A stretch of DNA of 64,000 nt from Candidatus Falkowbacteria bacterium RIFOXYC2_FULL_36_12 (GTDB taxonomy: Bacteria; Patescibacteriota; Patescibacteriia; UBA11705), in contig MFGJ01000007.1 in the NCBI GenBank assembly GCA_001778235.1, positions 77,085 to 141,084 of the forward strand, written 5' to 3'. A program made the position numbers and the translations under genes. A model generated the notes under the pieces. The model had not been told where the DNA came from. It did no database searches and saw only the letters and a program-made list of their open reading frames with translations. The first letter of the stretch is position 1; each line of letters starts with the position of its first letter. Shown here in pieces: positions 58,505-64,000 of this stretch.

Positions 58505-59632
58505 TTATACATTTTCAAAAATTTTGAGAGTATCTGTCGCACATTGTTCCCATGAGAATTTTTTGGATTGTTCAAAGCCTTTTTCAATTAACGCCTGTCT
58601 GACTTCGGGATTAAAAACAACTGTCTCCATAGCTTTTTCAATCAAATCAATATTTTCTGGATTAAATTTAATGGCAGCTTCACCGGCAACTTCTGGTAGT
58701 GATGTTGTGTTGGAGCAGACAACAGGGCAACCACAACTCATGGCTTCAAGCACAGGTATGCCAAAACCTTCATAAAGTGATGGGAAGATAAACAGTTCAG
58801 CATTATTGAGTAAAAAGGCGTTTTCTTCTGATGATAAATATTTTAGATAAATAATATCACTATCTTCTTGTTCAAGACTTAGTTTCATCATTACTTCTTC
58901 AAAACCATTGCCCTTTTTGCCGACTAAAACTAATTTATATTTTGATTGGGGATTTTTGGCTTTGAATTTTAGGAAGGCTTTAACCAATCTTTCAAAATTT
59001 TTCTTGGCTTCCAGTCTGCCGGTGAACATAAAATATGGGGCGTCAATCTGATATTTTTCCAGAAGCAAACTTCTAGCAGAATCTTTATCAAGATGCATGT
59101 CTTTGTAAACATCACTGCTAAACCCATTGTAAACCACTTCAATTTTTTCAGCTGGAATTTTGTAAACATCCATAATTTCTTTTTTGGAAAACTCGGACAC
59201 TGTAATTATTTTTATGGCGTGCTTTTTTATAAAACGGATTGTCCACTTGTGATAAAGTTTGTCAGCCCAGTTATATAATTCAGGAAATCTTTCAAAACCA
59301 ATGTCATGAACTGTGACTATCACTTTTTTGGGATTTAATAATGGAATGGTATGAGCTGGGACAAAAAGAAGATCTGGCTTGTGCTGGCCAAATTTCATTT
59401 CATAGCTAAGGCGGATCAAAGTCCAAAATCTAACGGGTGGCCATTTGAGCAAAGCTTGCTGGAAATTATCAGGGCATTTTGCCAGTTTGTCACCGAGAGG
59501 AAGATTGGTATATAAAAGATATTGATTTTTCTGATCAATTTTTTTCAATTCCTGAATCAAGTGATAGGAATACCACTCGACTCCTGTCTTGGCTGGTCTG
59601 TTGGCGCGCGAAGCGTCAATGCCGATTAACAT
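58505..59632 (-). CDS. Glycosyltransferase family 4 (GT-B)
   Basis: IGIDASR..TGVE, TVHD, GRLEAKKN, FPSLYEGFGIPVLEAM; start set at ATG 59632. Confidence 0.93.
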   Translation of the reverse strand: MLIGIDASRANRPAKTGVEWYSYHLIQELKKIDQKNQYLLYTNLPLGDKLAKCPDNFQQALLKWPPVRFWTLIRLSYEMKFGQHKPDLLFVPAHTIPLLNPKKVIVTVHDIGFERFPELYNWADKLYHKWTIRFIKKHAIKIITVSEFSKKEIMDVYKIPAEKIEVVYNGFSSDVYKDMHLDKDSARSLLLEKYQIDAPYFMFTGRLEAKKNFERLVKAFLKFKAKNPQSKYKLVLVGKKGNGFEEVMMKLSLEQEDSDIIYLKYLSSEENAFLLNNAELFIFPSLYEGFGIPVLEAMSCGCPVVCSNTTSLPEVAGEAAIKFNPENIDLIEKAMETVVFNPEVRQALIEKGFEQSKKFSWEQCATDTLKIFENV

Positions 59633-59715
59633 AAAAATAAGTAAAGAATAAAGAAAGATGTGCAGGGTGTGAATTGTGAATAATTTATTTAAATTAATTA
59701 AATTCTGTGGATATA

Positions 59716-59744
59716 TTGACAAAATTGACTTTGTTTGTTATATT
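59716..59744 (+). promoter_or_regulatory. Sigma70 promoter with extended -10
   Basis: TTGACA(59716)-17 nt-TATATT(59739), preceded by TGn; predicted +1 near G59751. Confidence 0.7.
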
Positions 59745-59750
59745 TAAATT

Positions 59751-59814
59751 GACACTTGTGGGGGCTTTGGCTCCCTCGCGGTCAATTCATAAACCGCAGA
59801 CGGGTGTCTTTTTT
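59751..59814 (+). ncRNA. Candidate ~64-nt structured small RNA (three-way junction plus U-tract)
   Basis: GACACUUGU/ACGGGUGUC closing stem; GGGGGC-UUUG-GCUCCC and GCGGU-CAAUUCAUAA-ACCGC hairpins; U6 tail; begins at the predicted +1. Confidence 0.6.
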
Positions 59815-59815
59815 G

Positions 59816-60298
59816 TTACTCTATTTCTAAATCACCTGAATATAAAACCTTTCTTAATATCCCCGAATTCTTTTTCTTTTTCCATGAAGGATAAATACTA
59901 TGAAACATTTTTGCCCCACCTTCAACTTCCTTTACAATAATCTTAAATCTAGTTTCATTTAGAATAGCAATAAACACATAATATCTAACAAGGACCAACC
60001 TCTTTTCCCAACGAGAATTAATTTTTCTTCTTTCAAACCTTTTAGACTCGGCATACTCTTGTAAGGTGTGAGATAATCCTATAATTTTTGGTGCGAATGG
60101 TAGCAACCTCAATCTCATATATTGTTCAATGCGAGATCTTGTTTTGTTCCATTCTTTAAACAATAAATGCTCATATCCCTCACTATTAAAATGAACATTT
60201 TCTTTGAAGTAAGGGCACCATACTTTCTTGATATTTTTATAAAAATTTTCAGCTTTTTCCCGCTTTTGATTCAATTGTTCATCACTGATTTCTATCAT
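59816..60298 (-). CDS. Hypothetical protein, possible BECR-fold (barnase/EndoU/colicin E5-D/RelE-like) RNase
   Basis: VHFNSEGYEHL, R..LLP..PKII, C-terminal beta meander YYVFIA..RFKIIVK..FHSIYP; family inferred by eye. Confidence 0.5.
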   Translation of the reverse strand: MIEISDEQLNQKREKAENFYKNIKKVWCPYFKENVHFNSEGYEHLLFKEWNKTRSRIEQYMRLRLLPFAPKIIGLSHTLQEYAESKRFERRKINSRWEKRLVLVRYYVFIAILNETRFKIIVKEVEGGAKMFHSIYPSWKKKKNSGILRKVLYSGDLEIE

Positions 60299-60300
60299 AA

Positions 60301-61308
60301 CTATCTAGTCGCTAAAATTGATCGCTTATACATTTCCAGATTATCAAGGGCAATACCTGTGCCTTTGACCACACAAAGTAAGGCATCATCGGCGACATAG
60401 ACAGGCACGCCAATTGCCCGTGAAATTAACTGATCAATGTTGCGAAGCAAACTGCCTCCACCACTCATAATAATTCCTTTATCAATAATATCAGCTGAAA
60501 GCTCTGGTGGAGTTTGGTTGAGCACTTCTTTCACCGCTTCAATAATACCTTCAAGGTTTTTTTGCAGTGCTTCGGTTACATCATTTGAACTGATTGAAAC
60601 TGTCTTTGGCAAACCGCTGACCATATCACGACCACGGATATCCATAATTTCAGGATCTTCAACATACAAAGCTCGACCAATATCAATCTTGATATTTTCT
60701 GCTGTTCTCTCACCAACAGCTAAACCATATTTTCGTCGAATAAACTCTGAAATTGAATAATCAAAATGATTCCCACCAATTCTAACAGATCTGGCAGCTA
60801 CGATGCCACCAAGAGAAATAACCGCAACTTCACTGGTACCTCCTCCAATATCAATAATCATATGACCGCTGGCTGTACCGATTGGAATGTTAGCGCCGAT
60901 GGCTGCAGCAATAGGTTCCTTGATAATATAAGCAGCCCGAGCACCAGCGGCGATTGTCGCATCAATAACAGCACGCCTCTCTGTAGAAGTAATCCCAGCT
61001 GGGACAGCGACCATAACTTCTGGTCGAAACAATTTTATTCCGCCAAGTGATTTATTAATAAAATAACGAAGCATGGCTTCGGTTGCTTTGTAATCGGCAA
61101 TAACTCCGTCCTTCAGTGGCCGTGATGCAATAATTGATTCAGGAGTGCGCCCAATCATTTCTTTGGCTTCATCACCAACTGCCAGAATTTTCTTGTCAGT
61201 AATTGATATAGCCACAACCGAAGGTTCATTGATAACAATTCCTTTTTTTGGCAGATGAACAAGAGTATAGGTAGTACCAAGATCAATCCCAACTTTTTTT
61301 ATAAACAT
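60301..61308 (-). CDS. mreB: Rod-shape-determining protein MreB
   Basis: GIDLGT, NEPSVVA, RPLKDGVIAD, DIGGGTSEVAV, TPPELSADI. Confidence 0.96.
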   Translation of the reverse strand: MFIKKVGIDLGTTYTLVHLPKKGIVINEPSVVAISITDKKILAVGDEAKEMIGRTPESIIASRPLKDGVIADYKATEAMLRYFINKSLGGIKLFRPEVMVAVPAGITSTERRAVIDATIAAGARAAYIIKEPIAAAIGANIPIGTASGHMIIDIGGGTSEVAVISLGGIVAARSVRIGGNHFDYSISEFIRRKYGLAVGERTAENIKIDIGRALYVEDPEIMDIRGRDMVSGLPKTVSISSNDVTEALQKNLEGIIEAVKEVLNQTPPELSADIIDKGIIMSGGGSLLRNIDQLISRAIGVPVYVADDALLCVVKGTGIALDNLEMYKRSILATR

Positions 61309-61310
61309 AA

Positions 61311-61883
61311 TTACTTATTATCAAAAAGCCCCTCTTCTTTCATTTTTTTTAATTCATCTGTTTTTATTTTACTTTGCTGTTCAAGATAATATTTATTAAC
61401 ATTGGGAATCAACTTCAGCCAAGTTTTAATTAATTCAAGAATTTTTTCGAATTGAACTTTGGCAGATTTTAGCAGAAGTGAAATTTTCGAAGCTGTTTCC
61501 TCACCCATTCTTTTGAACTCCACTTGCTCATCCGGAGTCATTGACTTGTAATCATCTTCTAATTCCTGCTGAAGAACGCCTTCGACTTCGAGCTGAACAG
61601 GATCTTTTTGCGCTTGAGAAACTTGTAGGGTTTGAGCAGAAGTAATTGAACCAATTTCTTCCTTGTGAGCTTCAAGTTCTTTTTTTACATTCTCATGCTC
61701 TTCAATAGTTTTTTTCTCTTCTTCAGCTACTGTTTCAAGAGCTCTTTCAGGTTGGTCAACTGGCGCCGGAATAGCCTCTTGTTTATTTAAAGTTTGCTCA
61801 ACAATATCCTGTGAAGTCTGCAATTCGGGATTTAAGGTGGGCTTTTCTGGCTCTTGGGTATTTTGTGTTTTTGTTACTGCCAT
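61311..61883 (-). CDS. Hypothetical protein (acidic N-terminus, helical C-terminal domain)
   Basis: FKRMGEETA...IKTWLKLIPNVNKYYLEQQSKIKTD; co-oriented with mreB. Confidence 0.7.
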   Translation of the reverse strand: MAVTKTQNTQEPEKPTLNPELQTSQDIVEQTLNKQEAIPAPVDQPERALETVAEEEKKTIEEHENVKKELEAHKEEIGSITSAQTLQVSQAQKDPVQLEVEGVLQQELEDDYKSMTPDEQVEFKRMGEETASKISLLLKSAKVQFEKILELIKTWLKLIPNVNKYYLEQQSKIKTDELKKMKEEGLFDNK

Positions 61884-62068
61884 ATTAATATAAAATAATT
61901 CTAATTAGACATAGTAATTATATCAATTCTGTCCAATCCAGTAAATAGCAAAAACCAGTAAATCTTGAATAAATAAATAGTTCAAGCAAAACAAGTTACC
62001 TCTATTGACTTTTTTAGTTATTTATGATATAATAATTAGTTAGAAAAAGAAACTGAATTGGGGTAGCA

Positions 62069-62287
62069 ATGGAAAATCTGTTGGTGCAAATAGTGTTCCT
62101 GATGGCAATCTTCTACGGGCTGTTCGTGATGGTGCTCGGCACCAAGCGGGTCAACAAGTATGTGGGCAAGATGACCAAGAAAGCCTTGAACTGGCTGGTC
62201 AGACTGCCATTCAGGCTGATCCGCTGGAGCTGGCGCAAGGCGTTTCCGCGCCGGCGTAGGCAGAACCGTAGAAGAGCCCAGCCCTGA
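62069..62287 (+). CDS. 72-aa TM protein with an Arg/Trp-rich tail (GC-rich orphan)
   Basis: TTGACT(62005)-17-TATAAT, GGGGT before the ATG, G/C-ending codons, downstream hairpin with T-run. Confidence 0.7.
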   Translation: MENLLVQIVFLMAIFYGLFVMVLGTKRVNKYVGKMTKKALNWLVRLPFRLIRWSWRKAFPRRRRQNRRRAQP

Positions 62288-62407
62288 CACAGGGCTAGCG
62301 CAGTCAACTCGCCTCGTGGTCAAATGATCGCGGGGTTTTGCTTTTGGAAAAGAAAAAAGCTTGCCTTCCACTAATTACAAATTAGCCACGAATCTACAAA
62401 TCGATAT

Positions 62408-63373
62408 TTAACTAAGTTGTTTTAAGGTTTTTTTTACATCAGACAAGTTTTCAACTCTGACAAGTTTTGCTCGCCAATCACTAGCACCAGGAAAACCCTT
62501 CAGATACCAACAGAGATGTTTGCGGATTTCTAAAAAAGCTTTATCGTTTTTTGATTTTGATAATAGTTTTGCATGCTTTAGTGCAACTTTTTTTATTTGT
62601 TCTAGATCGAATTCAGAATATTTTCCGTTTTGAAGATAATCATTGATTTGTTTGAATAGCCATGGCTTGCCGTATAGTCCTCTAGCTAAACCAACGCCGT
62701 CAACGCCTGTTTTGTCGAGCATTTCCTTGATGTCTTCGGGTGTATTTAAACCTCCATTGCCCAAAACAACACCCTTGAATTTTTCTTTGGCCAGCTTGAT
62801 GGAATCAAAATCAATTGAACCGCTGAAACCCTGTTCATAAGTTCGGCCATGAAGCATCAGAGCTGAAACATTGTAATCTTTTATTTTGTCGAGAAAATCA
62901 AAAACCGTGATTTTTCCAGTTTGATCTTTTTTGTTAATTGAAATTCTGGTTTTTATTGATACTGGGATTGAAGCAGATTCAACTGTTGCATGGACTATTT
63001 CTTGTGCTAAATTCAAATCCCGAAGTAAAGTTATTCCGCCTTCATGAGCCACAACTTTTTTGGCTGGACAGCCAAAGTTTATATCAATGCCGTCAAAACC
63101 AGCTTCTTCTACTCGTTCAACTGCTTTTTTAATTAGCTCTGGTCTTTTGCCGAAAAGTTGTAGTACAACTTTACCTTCTTTCTTATGATTAAAATCAAGT
63201 AGCTCAAGTGTTGTTTTCCCTTTATAATACAAGCCATCAATTGAAGTCATTTCAGTGTAAACAACATCTGCACCAAAGCTATAACACAACTGGCGAAAAG
63301 CTGAATCTGAAATTCCTGCCATGGGGGCTAGGGCGAGGATCGGTTTGTTGAATTTGTTCCAGAAATTGGACAT
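62408..63373 (-). CDS. dusB: tRNA-dihydrouridine synthase
   Basis: LAPMAG, YTEM, DINFGCP, SIKTR, HGRT, GNGG, ARG..GKPW, RKHLCWY. Confidence 0.9.
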   Translation of the reverse strand: MSNFWNKFNKPILALAPMAGISDSAFRQLCYSFGADVVYTEMTSIDGLYYKGKTTLELLDFNHKKEGKVVLQLFGKRPELIKKAVERVEEAGFDGIDINFGCPAKKVVAHEGGITLLRDLNLAQEIVHATVESASIPVSIKTRISINKKDQTGKITVFDFLDKIKDYNVSALMLHGRTYEQGFSGSIDFDSIKLAKEKFKGVVLGNGGLNTPEDIKEMLDKTGVDGVGLARGLYGKPWLFKQINDYLQNGKYSEFDLEQIKKVALKHAKLLSKSKNDKAFLEIRKHLCWYLKGFPGASDWRAKLVRVENLSDVKKTLKQLS

Positions 63374-63423
63374 ATAGTTGATAGTTGATAGATTATAGTT
63401 GAAAGTACTTAAATGATAATATT

Positions 63424-63795
63424 CTAACTGTCTGATTTGTTTTTCTTTTTCAATATTGATAAATTAAGACTATAGAGCATCCTACCACATTCATCATATT
63501 GATCCAAAAAATAGTTTAGGCGTTCTTTTTCTAAATAACTTTTACGATGAGCAATCTTCAAATGATGAACAGTTTCCCGTATTTCACCCTGGGCTCTAGA
63601 AATAGATATTGAATAGATTTTCGTATATTTATTACCAAATCCTTCCGCTAAATTTGCAGGTGCTGAATTAGATGACCTTCTAAGCTGTGAACCTATTTCG
63701 TAAAGTTCATATTTGGGAAATTCTAATGTCAAATAATGAATTTCTATAGCCAAATTGAATAATTTATTGTAGACAATCAAATCATCAACCTTCAT
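63424..63795 (-). CDS. Four-helix-bundle protein (23S rRNA IVS/TIGR02436-like family)
   Basis: DLIVY, FPKYELYEIGSQLRRSSNSAPANLAEG. Confidence 0.92.
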   Translation of the reverse strand: MKVDDLIVYNKLFNLAIEIHYLTLEFPKYELYEIGSQLRRSSNSAPANLAEGFGNKYTKIYSISISRAQGEIRETVHHLKIAHRKSYLEKERLNYFLDQYDECGRMLYSLNLSILKKKNKSDS

Positions 63796-63897
63796 ATTAC
63801 TCTAATTTTTCAATATTTTTTATACTATAATCTATTTACTATAATCTATACTCTTCTCATAAATTATACCTAATTTTCGCTTATTTTTCAACCAATA

Positions 63898-63926
63898 TTG
63901 ACATTTTTATCAGAATATGCTATAAT
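63898..63926 (+). promoter_or_regulatory. Consensus sigma70 promoter
   Basis: TTGACA-17 nt-TATAAT with extended TGn; the transcript runs off the window edge. Confidence 0.8.
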
Positions 63927-64000
63927 GTAGTGTTAGGCTTAGAGTGCCTGATTGTACCTAAACACGGGAGAAAATCCGAAAATTGGCTGAAAAAAGCCAG

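Noticed and set aside
59751-59814. Possible tRNA gene
   Set aside because: Too short, only two internal arms, no TTCRA T-loop and no CCA; kept as a candidate ncRNA instead
59707-59940. Plus-strand 77-aa ORF across the candidate small RNA
   Set aside because: Starts upstream of the promoter, lacks an initiation signal and overlaps the convergent gene
62036-62371. Minus-strand 111-aa and 64-aa ORFs
   Set aside because: By-products of the GC-rich plus-strand gene, which has the promoter and terminator
1-64000. Prophage, integron, IS element or alternative genetic code
   Set aside because: No integrase, transposase, phage structural gene or attC-like repeat family was seen; conserved genes read through fully in code 11

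Overview
A low-GC bacterial chromosome segment using the standard genetic code, with most genes on the minus strand. Gene content and protein architecture point to Patescibacteria/CPR, probably Parcubacteria-like (inference): shortened AlaRS, L13 and TsaB, an RpoA without the alpha-CTD, N-terminal extensions on S9/S11/L12, pilM plus pilins, and four-helix-bundle genes. The backbone is housekeeping: ftsI, tgt, mraZ-rsmH-ftsL, tsaB, rplJL with an L10 leader, infA-rpmJ-rpsMKD-rpoA-rplQ-rplM-rpsI, mutS, mutL, alaS, mnmA, pilM, rnhA, recJ, lepA, murJ, pduL, glyS, frr, holB, mreB and dusB. Several things stand out against this backbone. (1) About 15 small, mostly orphan genes are scattered through the window, each with a strong G-rich Shine-Dalgarno and usually its own sigma70 promoter, while the housekeeping starts inspected have no SD. 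(2) A promoter-driven ~64-nt three-way-junction RNA lies tail-to-tail with a putative barnase/EndoU/colicin/RelE-like nuclease gene. (3) Two single genes are each bracketed by exact duplications of host sequence (a 69-bp alaS tail and a 35-bp terminator). (4) Two four-helix-bundle genes are bracketed by inverted repeats. (5) There are nested palindromic and tandem repeats, a Phd-RelE pair, a free-standing glycyl-radical mini-protein and a TGT lacking its zinc ligands. No rRNA, tRNA, CRISPR array, integrase or transposase was found. All assignments are by eye; no database searches were run.
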